Shown piece by piece: positions 1-9,633 of a stretch of DNA of 64,000 nt (its first letter is position 1; each line of letters begins with the position of its first letter). The position numbers and the translations under genes were made by a program. The stretch covers positions 1,668-65,667 of the forward strand of contig JAAYCJ010000174.1 in assembly GCA_012729815.1 (NCBI GenBank), written 5' to 3'. Source of the stretch: Phycisphaerae bacterium. GTDB taxonomy: Bacteria; Planctomycetota; Phycisphaerae; JAAYCJ01. The notes below the pieces were generated by a model, which ran no database searches, was not told where the DNA came from, and was given only the letters and a program-made list of their open reading frames with translations.

Positions 1-216
1 TCGCCGTCCGGCCAGCGGTGCGGACCCTTCGACGACGGTTCCGACGAACTCGTGGCCGGGCACACCGCAGAAATCCATGTAGCCTTTGACGATCTCAAGG
101 TCGGTGGCGCAGATGCCGGCCTGAATGACCTTGACGAGGACTTCGCCGGATCCCGGCTGCGGGTCCGGATGGTTGGGATCGAAGCGCAACGTCCCGTCGA
201 AAACGAGGGCCTTCAT
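1..216 (-). CDS. Zn-dependent alcohol dehydrogenase (MDR family), N-terminal fragment; gene runs off the window start
   Basis: Reverse-complement translation from ATG at 216 gives MKALVFDG...GEVLVKV..GICATDLEIVKGY...GHEFVGTVVEG, the GroES-like N-terminus of zinc-type ADH/threonine-dehydrogenase-like enzymes. Confidence 0.6.
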   Translation of the reverse strand, partial: MKALVFDGTLRFDPNHPDPQPGSGEVLVKVIQAGICATDLEIVKGYMDFCGVPGHEFVGTVVEGSAPLAGRR

Positions 217-240
217 GCCGGCGCAAGCCCTCCAAAGGCG

Positions 241-795
241 CTAGTCGTAGCGGATGACGCTGAACACGTCGTAGTCGTTGAGCTTGTCTCGGCCGTGGAG
301 GAAGGCCAGCTCGATGAGCACAGCCACGCCCACGATATCGGCGCCAAGCTCCTTGACCAGGTCACATGAGGCCTTCATGGTCCCGCCGGTGGCGAGCAGG
401 TCGTCGATCATGACCACCCGCTGACCGGGCTTGACCGCATCGGCGTGAATTTCGAGACTGTCGGTGCCGTACTCGAGATCGTAGGTAACGGCGTGTGTTT
501 TGGCCGGGAGCTTTTTGGGTTTGCGGATGGGCACAAACCCGGCTGAGAGGGCCTGGGCGACGGCGATGCCGAAGATGAATCCGCGGGACTCGGCACCCAC
601 CACCAGGTCCACGTGCTGGCCTCGGAACCGGTGGGCCAGCAGCTCGACCGCCAAGGCCAGAGCCGCGGCGTCGCCCAACAGGGGCGTGATATCCTTGAAG
701 ATGATACCGGGTTTTGGAAAGTCGGGAACGTCGCGAATGAAACCGGCGAGATAATCGCGGCAGCTTTGCATGTCAGCCGAGCTCCTCCTGGACAT
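241..795 (-). CDS. apt: adenine phosphoribosyltransferase
   Basis: 184 aa with DFPKPGIIFKDITPLL, VGAESRGFIFG and VMIDDLLATGGT PRPP-binding motifs. An alternative ATG at 771 would leave 1 nt between the sigma-factor stop and the apt start. Confidence 0.9.
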   Translation of the reverse strand: MSRRSSADMQSCRDYLAGFIRDVPDFPKPGIIFKDITPLLGDAAALALAVELLAHRFRGQHVDLVVGAESRGFIFGIAVAQALSAGFVPIRKPKKLPAKTHAVTYDLEYGTDSLEIHADAVKPGQRVVMIDDLLATGGTMKASCDLVKELGADIVGVAVLIELAFLHGRDKLNDYDVFSVIRYD

Positions 796-1615
796 AGAGT
801 TCGAGTTTTGACAGAGCTTGTCGTTCGAGCTGGCGGACCCGTTCGCGTGTCAGTCCCACCCGCTGTCCGACCTCCTTGAGGGTGAGGGACTTCTCTTCGA
901 TCAGGCCGTAGCGGAGTTGGACGATCCGCGCCTCTCGCTCGTCAAGCTGGTCCAAGAGTTCTTTTACAACCTGCCGCTCGGTTTCGTCAAACAATTTCTC
1001 TTCGGGGCTGCCGACGCGGGTGTCGACGAGGATTTCGCTGAGGTCCATCTGCTCGTCGCCGAAACCGGCTGTGCCGCCGCTGGAAAGGGCAACGATGGCC
1101 TCCTGTACGGCCTTGGCCCGCTTGGCCGGCATCTTGAGGTCCTTGCGGATCTCCTCGGGAATCGCGGGTCGGCCCTTGAGGTGTTCCAGCTCGGACGCCT
1201 TCTGTCGCCAGCGTGAGATTTCCTCAGCCATGTAGGCTGGGATGTGTACGGGTTGGCCCGCTCCGATCAGGGCCCGGCGGATAGCCTGCTTGATCCACCA
1301 ACTGGCGTAGGTGCTGAACCGCGAGCCCTGCTGCGGGTCGTAGCCTTCGACCGCGCGGAGCAGTCCGAGGTTGCCTTCCTCGATGAGGTCCGAGATGGGC
1401 ACGCCGCGTCCGGAGTAGTTTTTGGCGATGTTGACCACGAGGCGCAGGTTGGCCCGGACCATGCGGTCGCGGGCCTGCCAGGCCAGATCGTTATCGGAAT
1501 TGCGAAGCTGGGTCGCCAGTTCCTTCTCCTCGTCGGCGGTCAGGAGGGCGGTTTCGTTGATCTGGCGGAGGTAGACTTCCAACCCCTCTTCCGGGGCGAG
1601 CATCTTTTTATCCAT
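773..1615 (-). CDS. RNA polymerase sigma factor, sigma-70 family (regions 2-4; group 2/3-like, no region 1.1)
   Basis: Region 2 motifs (NLRLVVNIAKNY, DLIEEGNLGLLRAVEGYD, FSTYASWWIKQAI), region 3, and a region 4 HTH (LTLKEVGQRVGLTRERVRQLE). Confidence 0.85.
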   Translation of the reverse strand: MDKKMLAPEEGLEVYLRQINETALLTADEEKELATQLRNSDNDLAWQARDRMVRANLRLVVNIAKNYSGRGVPISDLIEEGNLGLLRAVEGYDPQQGSRFSTYASWWIKQAIRRALIGAGQPVHIPAYMAEEISRWRQKASELEHLKGRPAIPEEIRKDLKMPAKRAKAVQEAIVALSSGGTAGFGDEQMDLSEILVDTRVGSPEEKLFDETERQVVKELLDQLDEREARIVQLRYGLIEEKSLTLKEVGQRVGLTRERVRQLERQALSKLELYVQEELG

Positions 1616-1778
1616 TCACATGGTCCTATAATCTCGGGTCTTCCAGACTGATGTCCGCTGCTCATGTTGTCTATCGGCAAATGGGAAGGTCGGCGTTATG
1701 GTCTGGCCACCGTCATTATGCCCGGAAAGGCGATCGACCGCAAGGGTCGCGACGGTACCGGTCGGGGCGAAACGTAAA

Positions 1779-1817
1779 GCGGCCGGCGAAAGGGATCCTT
1801 CGCCGGCCGCCGATTTT
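1779..1817 (-). terminator. perfect 12-bp stem hairpin (GCGGCCGGCGAA / TTCGCCGGCCGC, 8-nt loop) 44 nt downstream of the rpsA stop; T5 run on the plus side, broken U-tract on the minus side; possibly bidirectional
   Basis: Read directly: 1779-1790 pairs with 1799-1810; TTTTT at 1813-1817. Lies between rpsA and the sigma-factor gene. Confidence 0.45.
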
Positions 1818-1853
1818 TCCGAATTGTCCATTCCGCTGAAGCCTCAGGGTTTA

Positions 1854-3650
1854 CTAATTCTCCTCGTTCTCCTGGTTTTCCTGCTTCCTCAAGGGAACCT
1901 GGACGCGATTGAGGCCGATGAAGCCGCCGCCGGAGTCCAGACCGCCGCGCAGCTCGCGCGGGGCCGGCTCTTCGCGACCGCCGGTATCCTGGCCTTCTTC
2001 GCTGGCCCACTCGGCCCGCTTCTTGGACAGCCCGATCTTGCGGTCCTGGGTGTCGACCCGGAGAATCTTGACCTCGATCTCGTCGCCGATCTTGAGTTCT
2101 TCCTGCGGGTTCTCGACCTTGTGGTCGGCGATTTCGCTGACGTGCAGGAGCCCTTCGAGGCCCGGTTCGAGCTCGACGAAGACGCCGAAGTTGGTGATCT
2201 TGGTGACCACGCCCTTGACGATCTGGCCGGGGATGTAGCGGGACGGCACGGCGTGGAGCCACGGGTCCTCGGTCAACTGCTTAACGCCCAGTGAGAGGCG
2301 CATCTTTTCCTTGTCCACGCCGAGCACGACGCACTTGATGCGGTCGTTCTTCTTGACCACTTCGCTGGGATGGGTAACCTTCTTGGTCCAGCTCATGTCC
2401 GAGACGTGCAGCAGGCCGTCGATACCTTCTTCCAGTTCGATGAAGGCGCCGTAGGTGGTCAGGTTGCGGACGGTGCCCTCGACCACGGTGTTCGGCGGGT
2501 ACTTGTCGGCGACCAGTTCCCACGGGTTGGTCTCGACCTGCTTGATGCCCAGCGAGATTTCCTTCTTGTCCTTGTTGACGTCGAGCACAACCACGTCGAT
2601 GGTGTCGCCAACGTTGACCAGTTCGCTGGGGTGGTTGATCCGCTTGGTCCAGCTCATCTCGCTGATGTGAACCAGGCCTTCCACGCCCGGCTCGATCTTG
2701 ACGAACGCGCCGTAGGAGGTGATGTTGACCACCTCGCCCTGGACGCGGGAGTTGATCGGATACTTGTCCTCGATTCGCGACCACGGATCCTCGGAGAGCT
2801 GCTTGAGACCCAGGGCCACTTTTTCCTTTTCGAGATCGAAGCCGAGGACCATGACCTCGATATCCTGGTCGATCTTGACCATCTCGGTGGGATGGCCGAT
2901 GCGGTCCCAGCTCATGTCGGTCACGTGCAGCAGGCCGTCCATGCCACCGAGGTCGACGAAGACGCCGAAGTCGGCGATGTTCTTGACCACGCCCTTGCGG
3001 ATCTGCCCGATCTCGAGTTCGGAGAGCAGCTTGGCCTTGGCCTCGGCCCGCTCTTCTTCGATGAGTCGCCGGCGGGAGATCACGATGTTCCGCTGGGCCG
3101 GATCGATCTTGATGATCTTGGCCTCGATGCTCTGGCCGACGTACTCGCCGATGTCCACCGGGCGGCGGATATCGACCTGGCTGGCGGGCAGGAACACGGG
3201 CACGCCGATGTCCACCAGCAGGCCCGACTTGATCTTCCGCATGACCTTGCCGGTCACCTGGTCGCCTTCCTTGCAGGTTTCGATGATGCGTTCCCAGCCG
3301 CGGATGCGGTCGGCTTTGCGCTTGGAGAGGGCGACCATGCCGGTGTCGTCCTCGACCGTCTCCAGGTAGACCTCGATCTTATCGCCGGGGTCGATCTCGC
3401 TGGGTTCCTCGAACTCATGCAGCGGGACGACGCCCTCGCTCTTAAAGCCGATGTCGATGATGACACTGTCCCCAACCACCTCGATGATCCGGCCGGGCAG
3501 GATGGTTCCCGGTTTGAAGCTGGTGATGGTCTTGTCCACCGCCTTGTCCAGACCGCTGCCGAAGTCCTGCGTGCCCAGCGCTTCGCTGAGGGCCTTCTCC
3601 AGTTCCTCCTCGTTGAGGTCAATGTCTTTGATGATGTTGTGATCGACCAT
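1854..3650 (-). CDS. rpsA: 30S ribosomal protein S1
   Basis: 598 aa with several S1 domains (repeated GxV..I...GxFV.L.....GL.H.S motifs) and an R/G/E-rich C-terminal tail. Confidence 0.95.
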   Translation of the reverse strand: MVDHNIIKDIDLNEEELEKALSEALGTQDFGSGLDKAVDKTITSFKPGTILPGRIIEVVGDSVIIDIGFKSEGVVPLHEFEEPSEIDPGDKIEVYLETVEDDTGMVALSKRKADRIRGWERIIETCKEGDQVTGKVMRKIKSGLLVDIGVPVFLPASQVDIRRPVDIGEYVGQSIEAKIIKIDPAQRNIVISRRRLIEEERAEAKAKLLSELEIGQIRKGVVKNIADFGVFVDLGGMDGLLHVTDMSWDRIGHPTEMVKIDQDIEVMVLGFDLEKEKVALGLKQLSEDPWSRIEDKYPINSRVQGEVVNITSYGAFVKIEPGVEGLVHISEMSWTKRINHPSELVNVGDTIDVVVLDVNKDKKEISLGIKQVETNPWELVADKYPPNTVVEGTVRNLTTYGAFIELEEGIDGLLHVSDMSWTKKVTHPSEVVKKNDRIKCVVLGVDKEKMRLSLGVKQLTEDPWLHAVPSRYIPGQIVKGVVTKITNFGVFVELEPGLEGLLHVSEIADHKVENPQEELKIGDEIEVKILRVDTQDRKIGLSKKRAEWASEEGQDTGGREEPAPRELRGGLDSGGGFIGLNRVQVPLRKQENQENEEN

Positions 3651-4141
3651 AAATCCTTGCCACCTAAACGTTTAAAAAGGTAAAATGTAACGTCCGCCAG
3701 CCACGCGCCGGCGGCCTATTTGCCATCGCTGATACTGCGGCCGCAAGCGGACATACCGCCAGCACGGCCAAAAGTCTTGATAGTATAGCACCCGCCAGGA
3801 CGTTTGTAAACCGATTATTCAGCGACACTTGATCGTTGATCGTCGTGTGGGAGGCCGTGGCCGTACTGCCGGGATCGCCGGGCGCATCGGCAGCACAGAA
3901 ACAGGGGCTTGCGTGCACAGGTTTTCCACAATCGCGATCCCAGCATTGATAAAGCCTGACCGGTAGTTATCGGACGAGGTGCAGCGGGAAAACCGGCCGT
4001 ATCAGGCCTAGGATTACTTAACGTCCGATTAACAAGCGGCCGATAGAACAAATGCCATGTACCCGGACATCGCGGCTGGCGGCTTGCCCGAAAGTCCTGG
4101 TGCGGCAGTAACATAGACAAAAGCGCCCATAAGGAGGAGAT

Positions 4142-5914
4142 ATGCGGACCGTCGTCCACGTGACCCACGAAGCGGTAGAGAAGATCGGCGGCATCGGCGC
4201 GGTGCTGGAGGGATTGCTGACCAGCGCCGCGTACAACAAGGCGGTGGACCGCAGCATCCTGGTCTGCCCGCTTTTCACGACCGAAGGGCCAATGCAGACC
4301 CGGCTGGGTCGCGGCGGCGAGGTGCTCTACAGCTCGGTGGACGGCCACATCCGCAACGAGTGGGCTCTGAAATTCCGGAGCGTGGAACTGGAGCACAACG
4401 TGGGGATCGTCTACGGCCGGCGGACGTTCGTGAACTTCGACACCGGGCTGCGGGTCAGCCCGGAGGTCATTCTGATCGACCTGTCGCGGGCCGACTCCCG
4501 GAAGACCAACGAGTTCAAGGCCAAGCTGTGGGAGGTTTTCGGGATCGACTCGATCCGTTACGAGAACAGCTGGGACTACGAGCAGTGGGTGAAACTCGCC
4601 CCGTCGGCCCTGGCGGCGATCGAGGCGGTGGGCGGCGTGCCGCAGGACGGCCATTGCGTGATCACCGCCCACGAGTTCATGGGCATGCCGACCGCGCTGG
4701 GCGCGATCGCCAGTTCGCGACCCAACTACCGCACCATGTTCTACGCCCACGAGGTGGCCACGATTCGCAAGATCGTCGAGGACCATCCCGGGCACGACAC
4801 GATGTTCTACAACGTGCTGCGGGCGGCCCGGCGCGACGACCTGTTCCTCGAGGACGTCTTCGGTCCGCAGGACCACTACTTCAAGCACGCGCTGGTCAGC
4901 GCGAGCAAGTACTGCGACAACATTCTGGCGGTCGGCGACTACGTGCTCAAGGAGTTGCGATTCCTGGGTCCGGAGTTCGAGCACGTCGATATCGAGCTGT
5001 GCTATAACGGCATTCCGGCCAGCAAGAGCGACATGAAGCAGCGGCTCTTGAGCAAGGCCAAGCTTCAGCGGTATTGCGAAATCCTGCTGGACTACCGGCC
5101 GGACTACGTGTTCAGCCACGTCTCGCGTCTGACGGTCAGCAAGGGGCTGTGGCGCGACCTTCGGATTCTCGAACACATCGAGCGGGCCTTCCGCCAGCAG
5201 AATAAGAGCGCGATTCTCTACATGCTCTCGACTGAACTGCCGCGGCGTCGGCGCGACGACATTCTGCACATGGAGCGATGGTGGCGGTGGCCGGTGGCGC
5301 ATCGTGAGACCGCTCCGGACCTCTCGGGCGGCGAAGCGGCGTTGTACGCGGGCATTCAGGAATTCAACGCCAAGGCCCGGAACCTGAAGGTGCTGTTCAT
5401 CAACCAGTTCGGCTTCGACCAGCAGAGCTGCGGCTTGCGGATGCCAGCGGACATGGAGTTCATCGACATCCGCCGCGGCACCGACCTGGAGTTCGGCCAG
5501 TCGGTCTACGAGCCATTCGGCATCGCCATGCTCGAGCCGCTGACCTTCGGCGGGATCTGCGTCGAGAGCAACGTCTGCGGCAATGTCGGCTTCCTGCATG
5601 ACGTGTCGGGCGACGAGCTGCCGGAAAACGTGATCATCACGGACTACACGGACCTGGACGAACCCGCGGCGGAGATCGAGGAGTTGCTGCGGATCGACCA
5701 GACCAAGCGGAACCACGTCGAGCAGCGGGTGGCCCGGCGGATCGCCGAGCAGATCCTCCGCACGCTGCCTCGCGACAACGCCCACATGGAAAAGCTCATC
5801 GAGACCGGCTACCAGATGGCCAGTAAGATGAACTGGGACGTGGTCGCCCGCGACTACTTCCTGCCCGCGGTCGACCGCGCGTGCCGCAAGCAGCGTGTGC
5901 TCGAGGTGGCGTAA
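4142..5914 (+). CDS. glycosyltransferase, eukaryote-type glycogen synthase-like (GT3 family)
   Basis: Strong RBS AAGGAGGAG. The N-terminus VTHEAVEKIGGIGAVL matches the GT3 glycogen-synthase FEVAWEVANKVGGIYTVL. Also HCVITAHEFMGMP, and YEPFGIAMLEP matching YEPWGYTPAEC (E-x7-E). High GC3. The antisense ORF 3815..5785 is rejected. Confidence 0.7.
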   Translation: MRTVVHVTHEAVEKIGGIGAVLEGLLTSAAYNKAVDRSILVCPLFTTEGPMQTRLGRGGEVLYSSVDGHIRNEWALKFRSVELEHNVGIVYGRRTFVNFDTGLRVSPEVILIDLSRADSRKTNEFKAKLWEVFGIDSIRYENSWDYEQWVKLAPSALAAIEAVGGVPQDGHCVITAHEFMGMPTALGAIASSRPNYRTMFYAHEVATIRKIVEDHPGHDTMFYNVLRAARRDDLFLEDVFGPQDHYFKHALVSASKYCDNILAVGDYVLKELRFLGPEFEHVDIELCYNGIPASKSDMKQRLLSKAKLQRYCEILLDYRPDYVFSHVSRLTVSKGLWRDLRILEHIERAFRQQNKSAILYMLSTELPRRRRDDILHMERWWRWPVAHRETAPDLSGGEAALYAGIQEFNAKARNLKVLFINQFGFDQQSCGLRMPADMEFIDIRRGTDLEFGQSVYEPFGIAMLEPLTFGGICVESNVCGNVGFLHDVSGDELPENVIITDYTDLDEPAAEIEELLRIDQTKRNHVEQRVARRIAEQILRTLPRDNAHMEKLIETGYQMASKMNWDVVARDYFLPAVDRACRKQRVLEVA

Positions 5915-6036
5915 GGAAGGCGGCGGTTTTCCCCTGTGGAGAGTCAGCGGAGATCACGGAGATCATCCGCGCCAAACGCCCAATCGGTTCGTCCGGCGCC
6001 GGCGCTTCATCTTCCCCTGAAAATGACGGGCCGCGT

Positions 6037-6354
6037 TCAGGCTTCGATGTCAATGTGGGCGTTGGCTTCGGCCTGATCGTCGGGATCCTGGCCGTTGCCG
6101 TCCTCGGGCATGGCCTGGTGTTTGTGCCGCCCCTGCTGGTGCGATTCCTCCTCGTCGTGGCGGCGAACGCGGGTGCCTTCGGTCTCGAGGGTGTCTTCGA
6201 CCTGGTGTTCCTGCTGGTCGGAGGCGCTGGCCTGCTCCCTGAGTTCCTCTTTCCGCCGGCGTTCTTCGACGGTCTTCTCTTCGGCCCGCTGCTTCTGGCT
6301 GACCGTAGCGGCGACCACTCCGGTCACGAGATTGGCTGGAGGTATTCCGGACAT
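6037..6354 (-). CDS. hypothetical small protein (105 aa), short hydrophobic N-segment then extremely charged and probably disordered; last gene after fliA
   Basis: High GC3 codon usage in this frame. 27 nt downstream of fliA in the same orientation. No recognisable domain. Confidence 0.45.
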   Translation of the reverse strand: MSGIPPANLVTGVVAATVSQKQRAEEKTVEERRRKEELREQASASDQQEHQVEDTLETEGTRVRRHDEEESHQQGRHKHQAMPEDGNGQDPDDQAEANAHIDIEA

Positions 6355-6384
6355 CGGGGGCCTCCCTTGGATCCGGCGACGGAT

Positions 6385-7212
6385 CTATTCCTCGTCAAGC
6401 TCCTCCCCACCCGCGGGAATTTCGGTCTCGAATTCTCTTCGGCGATCGAGGAGGTGCTGCTTGAGCCTTTTGACGATGGCCGAGTGCATCTGGCTGACGC
6501 GTGATTCGGAGAGGTCGAGGGTCTTGCCGATTTCCTTCATGGTCATTTCTTCGTAGTAGTAGAGGAGGATGATCAGGCGTTCGGTCCGCGAGAGGCCGCG
6601 CATGATCAGCTCCTTGACGTCCTTCTTCTGCATTTCGACGACCGGGTCGTCGGAACGGCGGTCTTCGAGGACGTCGATTTCGCGGAGGTCCTTGTGGCTG
6701 TCGGCCTCGTTGCGCGGGCGGGAGAGGCTGATGAACGTGGTGCTGGTGGTATCGTTGATGACGCGGTCGAACTCCTCGCGCGAGAGGTTCATCCGCGCGC
6801 AGAGTTCCTGGTCGGTGGGCAGGCGGCCGAGTTCGGCCTGAAGGGCCTTGACCGCGTGATCGACGCGGCGCATGCGGTTGCGGACGATCCGCGGGACCCA
6901 GTCGCGTTCGCGGAGCTCGTCGAGAATGGCCCCGCAGATCCGCTGGGAACAATAGGTGGAGAACTTGACGCCGCGATCAAGGTCGAAGGCCTCGATGGCG
7001 TCGATCAGGCCGAGAATGCCGGAACTGATCAGGTCATCGAGATCGACCTCGTTGGGCAGTTTGGCCCAGACGCGTTCGGCGTTGTACTTGACCAGGGGGA
7101 GGTAGTTCTCGATGAGCCGGTTTCGCAGATCCACGCTGCCGGTGGCGCGATACTCCCGCCAGACCTGGTCGATGTTGGCATCCTTCTCCGCTACGGTCGC
7201 CGTCTGTTTCAT
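6385..7212 (-). CDS. fliA: flagellar sigma factor sigma-28 (FliA/WhiG family)
   Basis: 275 aa with LVKYNAERVWAKLP, DLISSGILGLIDAIEAFD, FSTYCSQRICGAILDELR, and a region 4 EMTMKEIGKTLDLSESRVSQMHS. Confidence 0.9.
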   Translation of the reverse strand: MKQTATVAEKDANIDQVWREYRATGSVDLRNRLIENYLPLVKYNAERVWAKLPNEVDLDDLISSGILGLIDAIEAFDLDRGVKFSTYCSQRICGAILDELRERDWVPRIVRNRMRRVDHAVKALQAELGRLPTDQELCARMNLSREEFDRVINDTTSTTFISLSRPRNEADSHKDLREIDVLEDRRSDDPVVEMQKKDVKELIMRGLSRTERLIILLYYYEEMTMKEIGKTLDLSESRVSQMHSAIVKRLKQHLLDRRREFETEIPAGGEELDEE

Positions 7213-7262
7213 AAGTCATCCTCCGTGAGACTGTGGGTCTTGCTGTAAAACCAATCCGTGGT

Positions 7263-7529
7263 TTACTTTTTGCCGCCGTCGGCGGCACTGGCCGGTTTCA
7301 TGTCGTCCGCGGCCGCTGCGTCCTCCTGTTTGGACTGCATTTCGAGGTATTCGTTGATCGCGATCTGGGCCAGCCATCCGAGGACGGCCCCGAGCACGAC
7401 GAACAGGATCAAGGCCCACCAAGCCCGGCGGAGAATGGTGGTCATGTCGTTGCCGGCCCAGAGGCCGGCCATGATGGCGGCCGAGAAGGCCAACAACCCC
7501 AACGATCCTGACGTCATCCTGACGATCAT
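7263..7529 (-). CDS. hypothetical two-TM membrane protein (88 aa) between flhG and fliA
   Basis: High GC3. Two hydrophobic helices (LGLLAFSAAIMAGLWA; ALILFVVLGAVLGWLAQIAI). GGAGGA RBS region. Tightly packed in the flagellar operon. Confidence 0.5.
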   Translation of the reverse strand: MIVRMTSGSLGLLAFSAAIMAGLWAGNDMTTILRRAWWALILFVVLGAVLGWLAQIAINEYLEMQSKQEDAAAADDMKPASAADGGKK

Positions 7530-7550
7530 GCTTCCCTACGCTTCCTTGCG

Positions 7551-8399
7551 TTACGAGAACAGGCTGGCCACCTTTCGAAAGAACCCGACCTTCTGGGCGG
7601 GCACGTTGACGTTGCGGGCGAGCTTGGCGGCCAGGTTCATCAGGCAGTAGCTCGCCTGCGACTTGGGATACTCCAGGACGAACGGGCGGCGTTTTTTGAC
7701 CGCCTGTACGACCGCGCCATCCTCGACGACGTATCCGGCGTCGTAGAGGGTCAGGTTGAGAAACTTCTTGGCGACCTGGGCGAGCCGCTGCTGGCAGGTA
7801 CGGGCCTCCAGCCGGCTGGAAACGCGGTTCATGAGGACCGAGATGTGTCCCGAGGCGCCATCCTGAACGGCGGTTTTGATCATGGCGTAGGCGTCGGTAA
7901 TGGCCGCGGGTTCCGGAGTCGTCACCACCAGGACCAGATCGGCCAGATCGACGAAGGTCATGACATTGCGGTTGATACCCGCTGCGGTATCGAAAATAAC
8001 GAGGTCAGCCTGGGACTGGAGGTCCGATAACACCTGAACCAGGCGGTGGCGTTCGAACTCGGAGAGGTTGGCCAGTCCAGCCAGCCCGGACCCCCCCACC
8101 ACGACCTGAAGGCCGCCCGCGACGGTGTGGATGATCTGGTCGAGTTCGACCTCGTTGTGGAGCACGTGGTGGATGTTGTACCGGCTGTTAACGTTGAGCA
8201 GGACATCCACGTTGGCCAGACCCAGGTCCGCGTCCACGAGGATGACGCGCTTGCCGCTGGCGGCCAGACAGATGCCGAGGTTGATCGAGGTGACGGTCTT
8301 GCCGACGCCGCCCTTGCCCGAGGCGACGGTGATGATCCTGGCCCTGGCGGGCAGGTTTCGCATCATTTCCCTGAGTTTGGCTGCCTGATCGTTAAGCAT
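7551..8399 (-). CDS. flhG: MinD/ParA-family ATPase FlhG (FleN/YlxH)
   Basis: Deviant Walker A VASGKGGVGKT. Sits between flhF and fliA. Confidence 0.9.
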   Translation of the reverse strand: MLNDQAAKLREMMRNLPARARIITVASGKGGVGKTVTSINLGICLAASGKRVILVDADLGLANVDVLLNVNSRYNIHHVLHNEVELDQIIHTVAGGLQVVVGGSGLAGLANLSEFERHRLVQVLSDLQSQADLVIFDTAAGINRNVMTFVDLADLVLVVTTPEPAAITDAYAMIKTAVQDGASGHISVLMNRVSSRLEARTCQQRLAQVAKKFLNLTLYDAGYVVEDGAVVQAVKKRRPFVLEYPKSQASYCLMNLAAKLARNVNVPAQKVGFFRKVASLFS

Positions 8400-8412
8400 C
8401 CGAATATCTCCG

Positions 8413-9633
8413 TCAGGTTTGCGCCTGCGGGGTCAAGGGTTCGCCCGAGCCGCCGGGCGATCCGAATTCCGTACACTGGTCGAGAATGAGCTTGGCCAGC
8501 CGTTTGCCGCTGCCCAACTCGATGTCGTCCGGGACATTCTGTCCGGTGGTCAGGTAGGAGATTGAGCGGTCGAGCTTGCGGACGACATTCAGGAGCATGC
8601 CGACCCCGACCGCCTCGTCGAGCTTGGTGAAGACGACCTTGTGAATACCCAGAGGCGAGAACTGGTTGATGCTCGCCTGGAGGGTGGCGTGGCTGGAGGT
8701 GCTCGAGAGCACCAGGTGGACCTCGTCGGGCGAGGCGGCGTCGAGAAACGACTTGAGCTCCTGGAGCTTGATCCGGTCGTTCTGGCTTCGGCCGGCGGTG
8801 TCGATGAGGATCAGGTGGTGCTGCTGCTTGAACGACTCGATGGCCGACCGCAGTTCGTCGGGCGAGAGGACCACGCGAAGCGGAATGTTGATGATGTTGG
8901 CGTAGGTCCGAAGCTGATCGACGGCGGCGATGCGGTAGGTGTCGATGGTGATCAGGGCGACCGATCTGTTTTCGCGAAGGCGGAAGTTGGCGGCAAGCTT
9001 GGCGATGGTGGTGGTTTTGCCGACGCCGGTAGGTCCGACGAAGGCGATGACGCGGGGCTTGCCCGGCTGGCCGGCGGTGATCGGCTCGGGATCGGGGATC
9101 ATCTTTTCGACGCAACGGGAGATGGCGGCGCGAACCAGTCCCTCGTCGCGAAGCTGCTCGGACGTCAACTCGTCATGGACCTGACGGGCGATGCCGTCGG
9201 CGAGTTCCTGAGCAACTTCCTGGTTGACCAGGCCCAGGTACATTGAGAAGAGTTCTTCGGGCACATTGGGCGTCTGGGACCGCCGCTGCTGGTCCACCAG
9301 TTCGCGGACCATCTGCTTGACCGCCTCGATCTCCTGCTTGAGCTGAACGGCGTCGGACGACGCGGCCGGCGGCATGGCCGGAGCGGCGACCGCGGGCGAT
9401 GCGGGAACGGCCTCGTCGGTCCGCCCGGCCAATACGGTTTTGCGGACGCCGGGCGGCAGGACGTTGACGCCGGCGCCGGCGGTGATCTCGACCACGCGCC
9501 GGGCTCCCAGTCCCAGAAGTCCGCCCTTCTTGACCGTACGGGTGTTGAGGATGACCGCGTCGCGTCCCAGTTCGCGCCGCACCTGGGCGAGGGCGTCAGC
9601 CATGGAGTCCGCCTGGTAGGTCTTTAGCTTCAT
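8413..9633 (-). CDS. flhF: flagellar biosynthesis GTPase FlhF (SRP-type)
   Basis: NG domain with GPTGVGKTTT, DTAGR and TKLDE motifs. Overlaps flhA by 4 nt. Confidence 0.9.
   Translation of the reverse strand: MKLKTYQADSMADALAQVRRELGRDAVILNTRTVKKGGLLGLGARRVVEITAGAGVNVLPPGVRKTVLAGRTDEAVPASPAVAAPAMPPAASSDAVQLKQEIEAVKQMVRELVDQQRRSQTPNVPEELFSMYLGLVNQEVAQELADGIARQVHDELTSEQLRDEGLVRAAISRCVEKMIPDPEPITAGQPGKPRVIAFVGPTGVGKTTTIAKLAANFRLRENRSVALITIDTYRIAAVDQLRTYANIINIPLRVVLSPDELRSAIESFKQQHHLILIDTAGRSQNDRIKLQELKSFLDAASPDEVHLVLSSTSSHATLQASINQFSPLGIHKVVFTKLDEAVGVGMLLNVVRKLDRSISYLTTGQNVPDDIELGSGKRLAKLILDQCTEFGSPGGSGEPLTPQAQT

Noticed and set aside
2370-3683. 437-aa plus-strand ORF opposite rpsA, plus 1696..2262 and 1698..2294
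   Set aside because: Antisense to the clearly conserved ribosomal protein S1 gene; Asp/Val/Ala-rich junk translation.
3815-5785. 656-aa minus-strand ORF
   Set aside because: Antisense shadow of the GT3 glycosyltransferase gene in high-GC DNA. The product is Arg/Ala/Val-rich low complexity with no motifs, and the plus-strand frame has homology and a strong RBS.
5881-6556. Plus-strand ORFs 5881..6504 and 6095..6556 overlapping the small post-fliA gene and fliA
   Set aside because: The minus frame has better GC3 and operon context. These are kept out, though the small minus gene itself remains only moderately supported.
7263-7529. Possibility that the 88-aa membrane ORF between flhG and fliA is an artefact
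   Set aside because: Not rejected outright: codon bias and packing favour a real gene, but there is no homology support, so confidence is kept at 0.5.
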